NCBI GenBank assembly: GCA_951406725.2
Contig: OX597834.1
Location: 19,592,001 to 19,656,000 of the forward strand
Length of the DNA stretch: 64,000 nucleotides
Source: Octopus vulgaris
Lineage: Eukaryota
Direction: 5' to 3'
Part shown: positions 63,751 to 64,000 of the stretch, in pieces
Layout: each line of letters opens with the position of its first letter
Position numbering within the stretch: position 1 is the stretch's first letter
Translations under genes and position numbers: made by a program
The notes under the pieces: model-generated
Seen by the model: only the letters and a program-made list of their open reading frames with translations
Database searches by the model: none
What the model was told of the DNA's origin: nothing

Positions 63751-64000
63751 ATTCTTTTGTTGGCACAATAGACTCAAGAATAGTTGAGAGGAGGTAAGAG
63801 ACGAGAGGTGTGAGAAGAAAAGGACGTTGGAACATAGAAAAGCTGATTGAGAGAATTCACAATTTTCTGGCTGAAAACCGTTGTGGGTCTATAAAAACAA
63901 AAAGCACCTGGTTTGGAGTTTGTGTGGCAACTGTGCACTGAATTATTCAGATCTGAACATGCGCAAAAATTGTGCAATGTTTGTTCAGAGGGAGCTCAGT

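Overview
AT-rich, repeat-saturated eukaryotic DNA with no host protein-coding exon I can support; it reads as an intron or intergenic region. The SINE repertoire resembles what I recall of octopus tRNA-derived SINEs (OK/OR1/OR2 type), so the source is most likely an Octopus genome (inference from memory, not a search). Nearly all ORFs in the track are microsatellite or SINE read-through. Real content: four tRNA-headed SINE families (called A-D here, dozens of copies, several with target-site duplications), 3' remnants of CR1-, RTE- and R4/Dong-like LINEs, a short Helitron, an hAT-like MITE, a mariner-derived foldback and many microsatellites. The most interesting signal is a dispersed set of short (150-400 bp) non-coding elements embedded in (TA)n/(TG)n tracts. 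They carry minimal type-I hammerhead ribozyme motifs with palindromic stem III (best copies 51402-51487 +, 9332-9368 -, 21195-21232 -, 33467-33501 -) and/or have a 'long inverted repeat + unique tail' architecture (5850, 19664, 21162, 24287, 33875, 50708). This fits non-autonomous Penelope-like or retrozyme-like elements. All alignments and folds were done by eye, and repeat boundaries are approximate.
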